A DNA stretch of 64,000 bases from an uncultured Candidatus Rokubacteria bacterium (GCA_963754315.1 CAVWFS010000011.1:128001-192000); one strand, 5' to 3'. Numbered from the stretch's first letter, positions 46,357-57,142 are shown. Notes: generated by a model not told the origin, from the letters alone. Numbers and translations: made by a program.

Positions 46357-48432
46357 TTATCGACACTCCGAAGCGCTAGGCGCCATCTCCAATGCTTTCA
46401 CCCAGGCGCGCGTCACTTCGGCGACGCTCCACGCCTGGGCCACACAGCCGCGAGGGGTGAAGGGAGGCTCCGCGTCGAAGATCTCGCTGATCGAGCCGAG
46501 GCAGGCTTCGTTGAGATGATCGAGCAAGCCGCTGAGCACATCGCGAGCGCCAGACGCGTCGCCGTGCACCCGAAGCCAGACATCGAGCAAGGGCCCGAGC
46601 AGCCAGGGCCAGACGGTCCCCTGGTGGTAGGCGGCGTCGCGCGAGCGTAGATCGCCATCGTATTGCGCCTTGTAGTCGGCGTGACCGGGCGCCAGCGAGC
46701 GAAGGCCGACTGGAGTCAGAAGCCGCTCGCAGACCACATCCAGGACTCGCGGCCAGCGTGAGGGCTCGAGGACCGGATGGGCCAGCGACATGGCCAGGAG
46801 CTGATTCGGGCGACAGGCGTTGTCGTCGCCGCCTTCGCCATCAACAACGTCGAAGAGATAGCCGCCCGCCTCGTACCAGAAGCGCTGATTGAACGACGCG
46901 CGAGCCTGATCGGCGTGCTCGGCAATCGGCCGCGCGGCCTCGGCGCCGTCTTCCTCGCGAAGCCAGGTTTCAAGGAGCCTGAGTGCGTTGTACCACAGGC
47001 CGTTGATCTCCACGGCCTTGCCGCGGCGGGGCGTCACCACCCAATCATCGACCTTGGCATCCATCCACGTGAGCTGGTACCCGGGCTCGCCCTGATGCAG
47101 GAGGCCGTCGCCCGGATCCACCCGAATCCCGAAGCGGGTGCCCTTCACGTGGTAGTCCACGATGTCGCGGAGCGTGGGCAGCAAGGTGTGCAGCAGCTCC
47201 CGGTCACCCGTCGCGGTGAGGTAGCGATCGATAGCGTGGAAGAACCAGAGGGTGGCATCGGCCGTGTGGTAGCGCCCCTCGTCCACCCCCTCGGGAAAGA
47301 GGTTCGGGATGAGACCGTCGCGCACGTGATGCGCGAAAGTCCTCAGTATTGACCCCGCTTCGGCATGGCGTCCGGTGATCAGGGTGAGCCCCTCGAGGCT
47401 GATCATGGTGTCCCGTCCCCAATCGGTAAACCAGTGATAGCCGGCCACGACTGTACGGGCCTCGTCGCCAGCAGCCCGTGAGCGGGCGGCGTCGTGAATG
47501 CGCCCGCCGGGCGTGATGATGAACTGGTCCGCGGCCAGCACCAGCTGGGCGAGAGCGCCACGGCGAGCGACCGGATGGGCTGCCCAAAGGAGCCGGCGGC
47601 GGCGCTCGCCCTCGGCGGCCGCCGCGTCGCCGGGGCTCAGGGCGCGCAGCGTTTCCCACGACTCACACGACGCGATCAGGGTGACGTCCTGGCCGGGGCC
47701 AAGGTCGACGCGGAAGTATCCAGGACTCCACAGGTCACCCACTGCTTCGTAGCCGCGCTGGGCTTCGGTGCGGTAGTAGACCTGCTCGACGTTCATTCGG
47801 TCGAATGTGAAGGCGCCCTGTGTCCCCGACAGCTGCATGCGAAGTGGCGGCAGGGAGGCGCCGACCGATACCTCGTAGCGGTCGTCAGCCACCGTGAGCG
47901 TGCAGGAGCCAGCCGGTGGCTCACTCACGGGCGCGTGATGGGCGCGGAAATCCACGCATGGTCGGAGGGCGAGCCGGAGTGACCCCGATCCAGCGAGGAG
48001 CCTATAGGTCACGTGGACGGTGTTCTGCAGGTGGGGCATGAGCAGTGACTTCTCGAGGATCCAGTCGCGTATGGTGTACCGCCAGACCGGAAGCCCGGCC
48101 TCCAACCGAAACTCGACCAGATGGGCAGTCCCGTCGAGATAGAGACGGTTGTTGGTGTGCTCGTCGCCGGTGAGCACGACGACCGTGTGGTCTGGCAGCC
48201 GGACTCGCTCGGTCAAGCGGCTGAGCATCACGGTGCGGCCAAACGGCGATGGCAGGGCGGCGATGAGCAGACCATGAAAGCGGCGCGTGAGAACGCCGGC
48301 GACCGTGCCGGAGGCATAGCCGCCCAGGCCGTTGGTGACCAACCACTCGCGAGTCAAAAGCTGTTGCGTTTCAGCGGCAGTGTTTGGCTTCCATGACATG
48401 CGTCGAACGAGTCCGAGGCTTTCGTCGCTCAT
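46357..48432 (-). CDS. Amylo-alpha-1,6-glucosidase (GDE family)
   Basis: EWLVTNGLGGYASG, AGYHWFTDWGRD, LTWMDAK, YHQGTVWPW, QAWSVAE. Confidence 0.95.
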   Translation of the reverse strand: MSDESLGLVRRMSWKPNTAAETQQLLTREWLVTNGLGGYASGTVAGVLTRRFHGLLIAALPSPFGRTVMLSRLTERVRLPDHTVVVLTGDEHTNNRLYLDGTAHLVEFRLEAGLPVWRYTIRDWILEKSLLMPHLQNTVHVTYRLLAGSGSLRLALRPCVDFRAHHAPVSEPPAGSCTLTVADDRYEVSVGASLPPLRMQLSGTQGAFTFDRMNVEQVYYRTEAQRGYEAVGDLWSPGYFRVDLGPGQDVTLIASCESWETLRALSPGDAAAAEGERRRRLLWAAHPVARRGALAQLVLAADQFIITPGGRIHDAARSRAAGDEARTVVAGYHWFTDWGRDTMISLEGLTLITGRHAEAGSILRTFAHHVRDGLIPNLFPEGVDEGRYHTADATLWFFHAIDRYLTATGDRELLHTLLPTLRDIVDYHVKGTRFGIRVDPGDGLLHQGEPGYQLTWMDAKVDDWVVTPRRGKAVEINGLWYNALRLLETWLREEDGAEAARPIAEHADQARASFNQRFWYEAGGYLFDVVDGEGGDDNACRPNQLLAMSLAHPVLEPSRWPRVLDVVCERLLTPVGLRSLAPGHADYKAQYDGDLRSRDAAYHQGTVWPWLLGPLLDVWLRVHGDASGARDVLSGLLDHLNEACLGSISEIFDAEPPFTPRGCVAQAWSVAEVTRAWVKALEMAPSASECR

Positions 48433-48535
48433 GATGCCAGGGTGCAGGCTACCGCTGTGGCCGTCAACCAGAATCCAACTTCAACATCACCCGCATGTCG
48501 CTGGCACAGCATTTGATTCATTGGGGAAGACAATC

Positions 48536-50455
48536 ATGAAAGAGCTTGCACGCCGTTTGCCCATCGGGGCCGAACTGTTGGAGGACGGAGTCGATTTCCG
48601 CGTGTGGGCACCGGCGGCAACCTCCGTCGAGGTGCTTCTCGATACGGAGCAGGGCGTGCGTTGTGTCGGCAAGCTAGACGCCGAAGAGGAAGGCGGCTAC
48701 TTTGCCGCGCGAATTGCCGATGTTGACGTCGGTAGTCGCTATTGGTTCCGGCTGGACGGAGAGGAGCCTCTGTGCCCGGATCCCGCCTCGCGCTTCCAGC
48801 CGGACGGGCCCCATGGCCCGTCACAGGTTGTTGATCCCTCGCGATTCGCCTGGACGGACGGAGCATGGCCCGGTGTCCGCCTCGAGGGACAGGTCATTTA
48901 CGAGATGCATATCGGCACGTTCACCGGCTCCCGGCACGTGGGCGGCCGCCACCGCCGAGCTTCCCGAGCTGGCCCGACTGGGGGTGACGGTCCTCGAGGT
49001 GATGCCCATTGGAGACTTTCCGGGCCGGTTTGGCTGGGGCTACGATGGCGTCTGCTTCTTCGCGCCCACGCGGCTCTACGGAGAGCCGGACGACTTCCGC
49101 CGCTTCGTTGACCGCGCGCATGCCCTGGGCCTGGCCGTCATCCTCGACGTCGTCTATAACCACGCCGGCCCCGACGGCAATTGCCTGGAACGGTTCTCGC
49201 AATACTACTTCACCGATCGCTACGAGACCGACTGGGGCACCGCCCTGAACTTCGATGGGCCCCACTGCGGTCCCGTCCGCGAGTTCTACGCGAGCAACGC
49301 CGGCTACTGGATCGACGAGTTTCACCTCGACGGCCTGCGCCTCGATGCCACCCAGTCCATCTTCGACGTTCGCCGCAGCACATCCTCGCCGCCGTGACCA
49401 AGCGTGTACGCGAGGCGGCGGGCGGACGAGCGACCATCGTGATTGCCGAGAACGAGCCCCAGCACGCGCGCTTGCTGCGCTCCCCATCCGCGGGCGGCTA
49501 CGGGATCGACGCCGTGTGGAACGATGATTTTCACCATTCGGCCATGGTGGCGCTCACCGGCAGGCGTGAAGCCTACTACGGTGATCATCAGGGGACGCCC
49601 CAGGAGCTGATCTCGGCTCTCAAGTGGGGATACCTGTTCCAGGGTCAGCGCTATCGGTGGCAAGGCAAGGAACGGGGAACCCCGACCCTCGACCTGGCTC
49701 CGGCACGCTTCGTAGCGTTCATCCAGAATCACGATCAGGTCGCCAACTCGCTGCGCGGCCAGCGTGTCCATCGGCTGACCAGTCCGGCGCGCCTCCGAGC
49801 GCTGACGGCGGTGCTGCTGCTTGGGCCGGCAACGCCCATGCTCTTCCAGGGTCAAGAGTTCTGGGCGTCGAGCCCCTTTCTGTACTTCGCCGATCACGGG
49901 AAGGAGCTGGCCAGTCAGGTGCGGCGCGGACGCGCCGAGTTCCTCAGCCAGTTTCCCAGCATCGCGTCCCCGGAGGCTGCTCGCTGGCTGGCCGATCCGG
50001 GGGCGCCGTCGACCTTCGAGCGATCGAAGCTCGATCACAGCGAGCGCGAGCGCCACCGCGAGCCGTGGCTGCTCCATCATGACCTGCTCGCCGTGCGCCG
50101 TACCGATCCGACCTTTCGCGCACAGTGCCCGCGCGGAATGGACGGCGCCGTCCTCGGGTCCGACGCGTTTGTCTTGCGTTTCTTCGGGCAGGACGACGAA
50201 GACCGCCTGTTGCTCGTGAATCTCGGGCGAGACCTCGAGTTGGCGGTCGCCCCGGAGCCCTTGCTGGCGCCGCCGGCAGGTCGGCGCTGGAGTCTCCTGT
50301 GGTCGAGCGAGGATCCTCGCTACGGTGGCGGCGGCGGGCCGTCGCTCGAATCGCCGTGGGTTCTTCCTGGTGAGGCGGCGATCGTGCTGCGTGCCGATGT
50401 GGTGCGGCCGGTTGCCGCCGCCGAATGGGTGGCGGGGCCCTTGCAGCGGCAATAG
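48536..50455 (+). pseudogene. treZ: Malto-oligosyltrehalose trehalohydrolase with two frameshifts (possibly sequencing errors)
   Basis: FRVWAP, YEMHIGTFT | WGYDG, DVVYNH, DGLRLDAT | AENE, WNDDFHH, QNHDQ across three frames; shifts near 48930 and 49370. Confidence 0.88.
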
Positions 50456-50463
50456 CACGAAGA

Positions 50464-50853
50464 ATGAGTGGCATGGTCATCACGCACCACAATGGGAGCC
50501 TCAGCGCTCAGTTGGCCCACCTGGCCAAGCTTCAAGGGGAGCTCGCGCTGGCCGAGACCCGCAGTTTGTTCGTGTCGGCCGCCATCGCGGTCGCGATCGC
50601 CATCCTCGCCAGCATGGCGATGGTGGCCTCCGCGGTGGTGCTCATCGCCGGCGGGCTGGCTCCGCTGTTCGGGGGGCATTGGCAGCATCTGGTGGTGGCC
50701 GGCGGTTGTGCCTTCATCACCGCGAGTGTGGCTCTCGCGTGGAGCGCCTGGCGCCTGCGGCACCTCGAGGTGCCGCGCGAGACACTGCAATCGCTCACGG
50801 AGAATTGGGAATGGCTCGTAGCACAGGTGAGGTCCAGGCTGACATTGCGTTGA
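50464..50853 (+). CDS. YqjE/phage-holin-like 2-TM protein
   Basis: ELALAET, two TM segments, PRETLQSLTENWEW. Confidence 0.7.
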   Translation: MSGMVITHHNGSLSAQLAHLAKLQGELALAETRSLFVSAAIAVAIAILASMAMVASAVVLIAGGLAPLFGGHWQHLVVAGGCAFITASVALAWSAWRLRHLEVPRETLQSLTENWEWLVAQVRSRLTLR

Positions 50854-51152
50854 TGCGCCGGGCAATCGAGCGGAAGCTCGACGCTCTCCACGACCGCCTT
50901 CCTGCGCGTTGGTGGCTGTCCTATGCGTGGCTCGCGGGCGGGTTTGCGACGGGCCTGCTGCTCTCCCGCGTACCGCTGCTGGCGATGACAGCCAGTGCGC
51001 TGCGGCTGGCCCAGCTGGGGCTCGGCCTGGTGGCGACCATGAAATCGGTCCAGCACGTGCTGCAGGACGGCGGTCCCCACCCATGGTCCGGCGATCATCG
51101 TAACGGGAGTGACAGGGACGCACGCCACGGCAGCACACACAGAGTCAGATGA
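50811..51152 (+). CDS. DUF3618/YqjK-like small protein
   Basis: GGAG RBS; EVQADIALMRRAIERKLDAL plus a hydrophobic segment. Confidence 0.65.
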   Translation: MARSTGEVQADIALMRRAIERKLDALHDRLPARWWLSYAWLAGGFATGLLLSRVPLLAMTASALRLAQLGLGLVATMKSVQHVLQDGGPHPWSGDHRNGSDRDARHGSTHRVR

Positions 51153-51161
51153 GGTGAGGCC

Positions 51162-51497
51162 ATGAAGGATCGCGAGTACATGAACGAAACGTTGACTGAG
51201 CAACTGGGGGAGACGGCTCGGCGCGTGGCTGAGGCGGGGCGAGACACGGCATTGCGCGCGACCGATTATGTCCGCGATGGGCTTGGACGGGCGGCGGACC
51301 TTGCCCATGACTGGTCCTCGAAAGCAGGGGAACAGATCGCGGATCTAACGAGCCGCCCGCCTGACGCGTGGACGCGGCAGTTACGTGGCTTTGTCGAGCA
51401 GAACCCAATGAAATCGCTCCTTATCACGATTGCCATCGGCTACGTGCTCGGAAAGCTGTTGGGACACGGCGAACGGACCGCGGGCGGTCGTTTGTAG
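51162..51497 (+). CDS. ElaB/YqjD/DUF883-like tail-anchored protein
   Basis: GAGGTGA RBS; helical body ending FVEQNPMKSLLITIAIGYVLG. Confidence 0.8.
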   Translation: MKDREYMNETLTEQLGETARRVAEAGRDTALRATDYVRDGLGRAADLAHDWSSKAGEQIADLTSRPPDAWTRQLRGFVEQNPMKSLLITIAIGYVLGKLLGHGERTAGGRL

Positions 51498-51539
51498 AAC
51501 GTACCGTGCGGACCAACGCTCCCAGTTGACTGCGGCCGC

Positions 51540-51554
51540 TGGCATCGAGTCTGC
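51540..51554 (+). promoter_or_regulatory. sigma-54 -24/-12 promoter
   Basis: TGGCATCGAGTCTGC(A). Confidence 0.65.
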
Positions 51555-51627
51555 AATCCTGAAGACAGCGGCACCAAAAACCTGTGCCGACCCACCGTCG
51601 GACAGGAGCACACAGAGTATGGAGGGC

Positions 51628-52227
51628 ATGATGCGACAGACATGGATGTTCGGAGTGACCTTGGCGGCGCTCGTTGCCGCCCCCGCGTTCGTCGATGCCC
51701 AGTCGACGACGACGGAGACGAAGGTCGAACGGACCAAAGACCCGGTGAGTGAGACCACGGGCAAGATGACCGGGACCACCAAGGATGCGTGGCTCACCGC
51801 CAAGACAAAGATCGCGCTGTATGGCGACGACCGTGTGTCGGGGAGCAGTATTAACGTGGATACGCAGAACGCCACGGTCATGCTCCGCGGGAAGGTGAGC
51901 AGTGCCGACGAGAAGCGGGCTGCCGAGGAAGTGGCCCGCAGCATCGACGGTGTGGGGACAGTCAAGAACGAGCTGCAGGTGGTGTCCCCGAGCGAACGCA
52001 AGATGGTGAACGCCAAGGATAGCGATCTGAAGGATTCCATTCAGCGTCGCATCAAGACGGACACGCGTCTGAAGGACTCCGACATTGAGGTCCGGGTGGA
52101 CGCCGGCGTGGTGACGCTCATGGGTGACGTCAAGGACATTGGGGTGCGCGCTCGTGCCTCGGAGGTCGCCCGCGGGGTGCCAGGTGTGAAGTACGTCAAG
52201 AACGAACTTCGCGAGAAGAGCAGCTAG
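51628..52227 (+). CDS. Dual-BON domain periplasmic protein (OsmY-like)
   Basis: Signal peptide; DAWLTAKTKIAL...INVDT...GVGTVKNEL; second BON domain ending GVKYVKNEL. Confidence 0.93.
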   Translation: MMRQTWMFGVTLAALVAAPAFVDAQSTTTETKVERTKDPVSETTGKMTGTTKDAWLTAKTKIALYGDDRVSGSSINVDTQNATVMLRGKVSSADEKRAAEEVARSIDGVGTVKNELQVVSPSERKMVNAKDSDLKDSIQRRIKTDTRLKDSDIEVRVDAGVVTLMGDVKDIGVRARASEVARGVPGVKYVKNELREKSS

Positions 52228-52229
52228 AG

Positions 52230-52901
52230 ATGCGCAGGGGACGGCTCGCAACGCTCATCGTCCTGGCGGCGGTCTGCGGGGCGTGCGCCTTCGAAAGTGG
52301 GGCGCCACCTCGCGAGCCGTCCCCGTCCTCGCCCACGACGCAAACGGCGCCACGCCCGCTCAGTCCGGCGCAGGCCACTCGGCTCCAACGCCTGATGGTG
52401 CCGTTGATCCAGGCCATGAACAAGCCAAAGCCGCTGAAGCAGATCCGGATCGGGGTCATTGATGACCCGGGAATCAACGCCGCGAATGCCGGCGGCGGGG
52501 AGTTCTACGTGACACGCGGCCTTCTCGAGCGGGCTAGCGACGCTCAGCTGCTCGGAGTGCTCGCTCACGAGGTTGCCCATGACGACCTCGGTCACGTCGC
52601 AAAGGTGCAAGCTCTCGGGACGGGGCTGTCGCTGGGCATCATTCTGCTCGATCAGATTGTCCCCGGTAGTAGCGCAATTACCCCGATCGCGGGTGAGCTC
52701 CTCGTGCGCGGCTATAGCCGAAAGGAAGAATATGAGGCCGACCGGCACGGCGTCGTCGTACTTGGCCGCGCCGGGTATCCGAAGGACGTGATGATCAATT
52801 CCCTGAGCTGGCTGCTCGCGCAATCAGGCCCGAGCGGAGGCGGCTTCTTGGCGACCCACCCGGCGACGGAGGACCGAATCCAGGCCCTCCGCCAGAACTA
52901 G
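52230..52901 (+). CDS. M48-family Zn metallopeptidase lipoprotein
   Basis: Lipobox-like CGAC; INAA; HEVAH; YSRKEEYEAD; FLATHP. Confidence 0.92.
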   Translation: MRRGRLATLIVLAAVCGACAFESGAPPREPSPSSPTTQTAPRPLSPAQATRLQRLMVPLIQAMNKPKPLKQIRIGVIDDPGINAANAGGGEFYVTRGLLERASDAQLLGVLAHEVAHDDLGHVAKVQALGTGLSLGIILLDQIVPGSSAITPIAGELLVRGYSRKEEYEADRHGVVVLGRAGYPKDVMINSLSWLLAQSGPSGGGFLATHPATEDRIQALRQN

Positions 52902-52908
52902 CACGCGG

Positions 52909-54129
52909 TTACCAGTGCAAGGTTTGGCCGGGGGCGAGGATCTTGATGCGGTCCTCGAGCCCCCGGCGCTGGGCCTCGTGCACGAGGCGACGAGGCGGCT
53001 CGGCGAAGGGCTCGACGTTCATGTCGAAGGTGGCCCAGTGCATGGGCACCAGGAGCTCCCCGCCCACGTCCGCGAAGAGTTGAACGGCTTCCTCGGGGTT
53101 GACGTGATTCGGATGACGGGAGGGGAAGGAGCTGTAGCCGCCAATGGGCACCGCCGCAAGCTGGAAGGGCCCGAGTCGATTGCCGATGTCCTTCATCTCG
53201 GCGAAATAGCCAGTATCGCCGGCGAAGAAGAATCGCTTGGACTGCCCCAGGATGGCCCAGGAGGCCCAGAGGCGTCGGTTCTGGTCGGTCAGGGTGCGGC
53301 CGGATGAATGCTGGGCCGGCGTGCACACGAACGTGAGGCCAGCCACCGAGACAGATTCCCACCAGTCCAGTTCGATCACTCGCGTGATCCCGAGATCAGC
53401 GAGGAACTCTCGTAACCCGAGCGGGACGACGAAGACAGCGTGCTGGTGGTCGCGAGCGATCCGCCTCACCGTCTCCTCGTCCAGGTGGTCGTAGTGATCG
53501 TGGGAAATGACCACGGCCTGGATCGGCGGGAGGTCTTCAAAGCGGAGGCCAGGAGCGATCATGCGCCGCGGCCCGGCAAAGCGCAGCGGACTGGCGCGTT
53601 CACTCCAGTGAGGGTCGGTCAGAATATTGACCCCATCGAGCTGGACGAGAAATGTCGAATGCCCGACCCAGGTAGCCGTGGCCTCGATGCCGTTGGTGCG
53701 GAGGGCGACCCCGTCGTTTTGCGTAAGCGTGAGGGGCTTGCCTCTCGGTTCTGACCACTGTCCGATGCGCGTGAACAGACGTCCGACTCGACCGAGCATG
53801 GAATAGGAGTAGTTACGGTCGAGATTTCGGAACCCACTCTTCAGATGGTGAGAGGCGGAGGCTGCGTAGGCGCTCTGCGCTTCGCGGCCGCTCGCGTCGC
53901 CCGTGATCACCATCAACACGAGCACGCTCGAGAGGATCAGAGCCAGTCCGCGCTCGAACCGACCTCTTGTAGATTCTACAGAGCGAGGATGAAGAAGCAC
54001 GATGTCACCGTACCATACCGCCTCAACGAAACAAGCGATCGTCTGGCACGCCATCTGCACAATCCGTACGGCGATGCACACGTGTGATGAGCGAGGCCAC
54101 AACGTGCCGGTCGCGACCGGGCGACTCAT
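52909..54129 (-). CDS. MBL-fold hydrolase (NAPE-PLD/RomA-like)
   Basis: WVGHST, LTDP, SHDHYDHLD, TPAQH, AGDTGY, PMHW; real start probably downstream of about 54000. Confidence 0.9.
   Translation of the reverse strand: MSRPVATGTLWPRSSHVCIAVRIVQMACQTIACFVEAVWYGDIVLLHPRSVESTRGRFERGLALILSSVLVLMVITGDASGREAQSAYAASASHHLKSGFRNLDRNYSYSMLGRVGRLFTRIGQWSEPRGKPLTLTQNDGVALRTNGIEATATWVGHSTFLVQLDGVNILTDPHWSERASPLRFAGPRRMIAPGLRFEDLPPIQAVVISHDHYDHLDEETVRRIARDHQHAVFVVPLGLREFLADLGITRVIELDWWESVSVAGLTFVCTPAQHSSGRTLTDQNRRLWASWAILGQSKRFFFAGDTGYFAEMKDIGNRLGPFQLAAVPIGGYSSFPSRHPNHVNPEEAVQLFADVGGELLVPMHWATFDMNVEPFAEPPRRLVHEAQRRGLEDRIKILAPGQTLHW
54044..54058 (+). promoter_or_regulatory. sigma-54 -24/-12 promoter
   Basis: TGGCACGCCATCTGC(A). 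Confidence 0.7.
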
Positions 54130-54962
54130 GGATGTCGACGGACGTCGTCTGATCTTGTCCGACAGCGACGCCCCCGCCTGGCCCGAAGCGACCGTGTCGA
54201 AAGCGGAGCTGTTGAACTACTACCTCGGGGTTGCCGATGACCTGCTCGTGTTTCTCCGCGGCCGACCTTCGAGCGTGGTCCGACTCCACGAGGGGCTGAC
54301 GCCGTGGGTCTTCGATCGAAGCGGGGCAGGCAAGCATCGCAGAGCGGGCCGACATCGCGCAGCTCGTCAATGCCGGATGTCTCGGATTTCATCCCTGGAG
54401 TGCCACGTGCCAGGCCGCTGATCGACCCGATCTCATGCTGTTTGACGTCGATCCGACCGAGATCGCCTTTCGCGAGGTGAGAAACGCTGCCCTGCTCTTG
54501 CGTGAGCTCCTGGGTCGGTACCAGCTACGCAGCTGGGTCAAGACGTCGGGGGGACACGGACTGCACGTGCTGGTGCCGCTGGCCCCCAGTCACTCCTTCG
54601 AAGATGTTCATGCGGCGGCGTCCCTCATCGCTCGCGCAGCGCGCACGCGAGAACCCAAGCTCTTTACGTTTGAGGTGCGCCGATCGCGCCGCCGGGGTCG
54701 AATCCTGGTGGATGTCGAACGCAACCGGCCGGGGGCCGCCCTCATTAGCCCATTCTCGGTGAAGCCGGATACGGGGCTTGTGTCGACGCCGCTCGAATGG
54801 CCGGATCTGGAGCGGGCGACGTATCCCGAAGACTTCCCCCTCAGCTCGGCCCAGGCGCGCGTGGCAGAGATCGGCGCTCCGCTTCGGCAATTCTTCGACC
54901 ATCCCCAGTCGCTCGACCCCGTCCTTGAGGCCGTGCAGGCCCGCGAGCGACGTCGAATCTGA
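54074..54962 (+). pseudogene. Stand-alone LigD polymerase (primase-like) domain, interrupted near 54330
   Basis: SKAELLNYY...LRGRP then frame change to GCLGFHPW...PDLMLFDVDP, KTSGGHGLH, VDVERN, VSTPLEW. Confidence 0.85.
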
Positions 54963-54980
54963 CCCCTCCTGAAATTCTGA

Positions 54981-55015
54981 CATTTGATAATTGTATGATC
55001 TACAATTGTCAAATG
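54981..55015. promoter_or_regulatory. AT-rich inverted repeat (15-5-15, one mismatch), candidate enhancer/operator
   Basis: catttgataattgta-tgatc-tacaattgtcaaatg, 55-90 bp upstream of a sigma-54 motif. Confidence 0.7.
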
Positions 55016-55069
55016 GTCACGGCCGCGAAGGGTCGCGGTAACTATTTGAAGAATAAGCCGGAAAGAGCT

Positions 55070-55084
55070 CGGCATGAAAACTGC
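55070..55084 (+). promoter_or_regulatory. sigma-54 -24/-12 promoter
   Basis: CGGCATGAAAACTGC upstream of the bEBP gene. Confidence 0.6.
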
Positions 55085-55115
55085 CTTTCACACAGCCGTT
55101 CCGTGGAGGTGAGCG

Positions 55116-56507
55116 ATGGGAGAGCGACGGCTGTCAGCAGCGCGAGTGCTCGTGGTCGATGATGAACCAGCAGAGCTCGAACCCTTGGCCCGGCTCATCG
55201 GACAGTGGGGCTATGAGGTCGAGACGGCTGCCTCCAGCGACGATGCGCTCGCCGTGGCCGAGAGCTACCGCCCGGCCGTGGTCATCACCGATCTCATGCT
55301 GCCCGGCACGGACGGGTTGAGTCTGTTGCAAACCTTGCGGGCGAGCAGCCGGCCGCCGATCGTGCTCCTGGTGACCGGGCATGCCACCGTCGAGACAGCG
55401 GTGGAGGCCATGCGTCACGGTGCGCTCGACTATCTCACCAAGCCCATCGATACCACGCGCTTGCAGTTGCTCCTTGAGAAGGGCGTGGAGCAGGAGTCGC
55501 TCTCACGCGAGGTGACCATCCTGCGTCACGAGCTGCGTCAGCGAGGAGCCTTCGGTCGCTTCGTGGGGCAGTCCAAGCGGATGCAGGAGGTCTACCACGT
55601 CATCGAGCTGGTGGCGCCGAGCAACGCGCCGGTGCTCGTGTATGGCGAGAGCGGCACCGGCAAGGAACTGGCCGCGCGCACCATTCATGAGCAGTCCGAG
55701 CGGCGCGGCCGGCCTTTCGTCGCCATCAACTGTGCCGCCATTCCGGAGACCCTCATCGAAAGCGAGCTGTTCGGTCACGAGCGCGGAGCCTTCACGGGGG
55801 CCAACGAACGGCGCACCGGCTGCTTCGAGCTGGCTGACGGCGGAACCTTGCTGCTCGACGAGGTGGCCGAGATGGATATCGGCACTCAGGCCAAGCTGCT
55901 TCGTGTATTGGAGGAGTCATCGTTCCGGCGGGTGGGGGGAAAGACGGAGCTCACCGTCGACGTCCGCGTCATTGCCGCCACCAATCACGTTCCGACGGAA
56001 GCGGTGGCAACCGGAAAGCTTCGCGAAGACCTGTTCTATCGCCTGAGTGTGTTTCTGGTGGAATTGCCAGCTCTTCGTGAGCGTCCTGAGGATATCGCGC
56101 TGCTGGCGGCTCGATTCATCGAAGATTTCAACACCCAGGACAAGCGGACCGTGGCCGGCCTCACCTCGGAGGCCGAGGAGGCGCTATCCAGCTATGCGTG
56201 GCCCGGAAACGTTCGGGAGCTTCGTAACGCCATTCAGCGAGCCGTAGTCCTGGCCGGGAGCGGGGCCATTGCCCGGGAACACTTGCCTCCCGTCGTCCTC
56301 GGGGAGACCCCGCGACCCGCTCGGTCGTCCGAGTCAGGAAAGGTGATGCCGTTGCGGGATCTGGAACGCGAGATGATCATCCGCGCCCTGGATGAAGCGA
56401 ATTACCACAAGCCTCAGGCGGCCGCCATGCTGGGCATCAGCCTCAAAACCCTCTACAACAAGCTGGCGCGCTTCGGCCTCCCCCCGAACCGAGCCGCGAG
56501 CTCGTGA
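55116..56507 (+). CDS. sigma-54-dependent response regulator (REC-AAA+-HTH, NtrC family bEBP)
   Basis: VITDLMLP; GESGTGKE; ESELFGHERGAFTGA; LLLDE; REDLFYRL; WPGNVREL; LGISLKTLYNKL. Confidence 0.97.
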   Translation: MGERRLSAARVLVVDDEPAELEPLARLIGQWGYEVETAASSDDALAVAESYRPAVVITDLMLPGTDGLSLLQTLRASSRPPIVLLVTGHATVETAVEAMRHGALDYLTKPIDTTRLQLLLEKGVEQESLSREVTILRHELRQRGAFGRFVGQSKRMQEVYHVIELVAPSNAPVLVYGESGTGKELAARTIHEQSERRGRPFVAINCAAIPETLIESELFGHERGAFTGANERRTGCFELADGGTLLLDEVAEMDIGTQAKLLRVLEESSFRRVGGKTELTVDVRVIAATNHVPTEAVATGKLREDLFYRLSVFLVELPALRERPEDIALLAARFIEDFNTQDKRTVAGLTSEAEEALSSYAWPGNVRELRNAIQRAVVLAGSGAIAREHLPPVVLGETPRPARSSESGKVMPLRDLEREMIIRALDEANYHKPQAAAMLGISLKTLYNKLARFGLPPNRAASS

Positions 56508-57142
56508 GTCGCTCGGAGCTGGATGCCATCGATCATGCGGTGCGGGGTGGGTTCAATACGACCCTGCTCAATTTACAGTTGCTGGCCACCACCGTCGGGC
56601 TGGATGCCCCCGCGGGACCGCTCCTAGAGCGGGCCCGCGCGGAGATCCGCCGGCTCGCCGAACTGCTGTGGCCGGCGGCGCTCGGTATCGTCGCACTCGA
56701 GGTCAAGCGGACCGAACGGGTAGATCTGCGCCAGCTCGTGACGTCCACCTTGCCCCAGCACGGCTTGGACCAGGTCGTGCTGTCCTCCGGCCCGTCGCCC
56801 ACCGTCAGCGGCGATCCCGACTTGCTCGCGCTTGCCCTTGTTCATCTGGCTCGCAATGCGGTGGCGGCGAGCCCCAAGGAGGGGCCTCATCCGCGCATCG
56901 ATCTAGACGTCGGGGCAGCCACGATCCGGGTGACGAACGCGTGCCGTGAAGCGATTCCGCCCGTCGTCAACGGGAGCATTGCCGGCCGCCGCGGCCATCT
57001 CGGGGGCGTGGTCATCGTCACCAGGGTGGCTCGTTTGCACGGGGGGTCGTTGCTGTACGAAGTGGCAGATGACCAACTGGTGGCGCGGCTCAGCCTCCCG
57101 AACGAATTAGATCCTCCGATCAGCGTGGCTGGAACGAGATAG
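56504..57142 (+). CDS. Sensor-less degenerate histidine kinase / possible phosphotransferase
   Basis: GTGA overlap with the bEBP gene; H-box-like DHAVRGGFN; N-box HLARNA; no DxGxG; RLHGG. Confidence 0.7.
   Translation: MSRSELDAIDHAVRGGFNTTLLNLQLLATTVGLDAPAGPLLERARAEIRRLAELLWPAALGIVALEVKRTERVDLRQLVTSTLPQHGLDQVVLSSGPSPTVSGDPDLLALALVHLARNAVAASPKEGPHPRIDLDVGAATIRVTNACREAIPPVVNGSIAGRRGHLGGVVIVTRVARLHGGSLLYEVADDQLVARLSLPNELDPPISVAGTR

Noticed and set aside
50464..50853. Prophage holin
   Set aside because: It is the YqjE-like member of a YqjE/YqjK/ElaB-type stress cluster; no phage genes are nearby.
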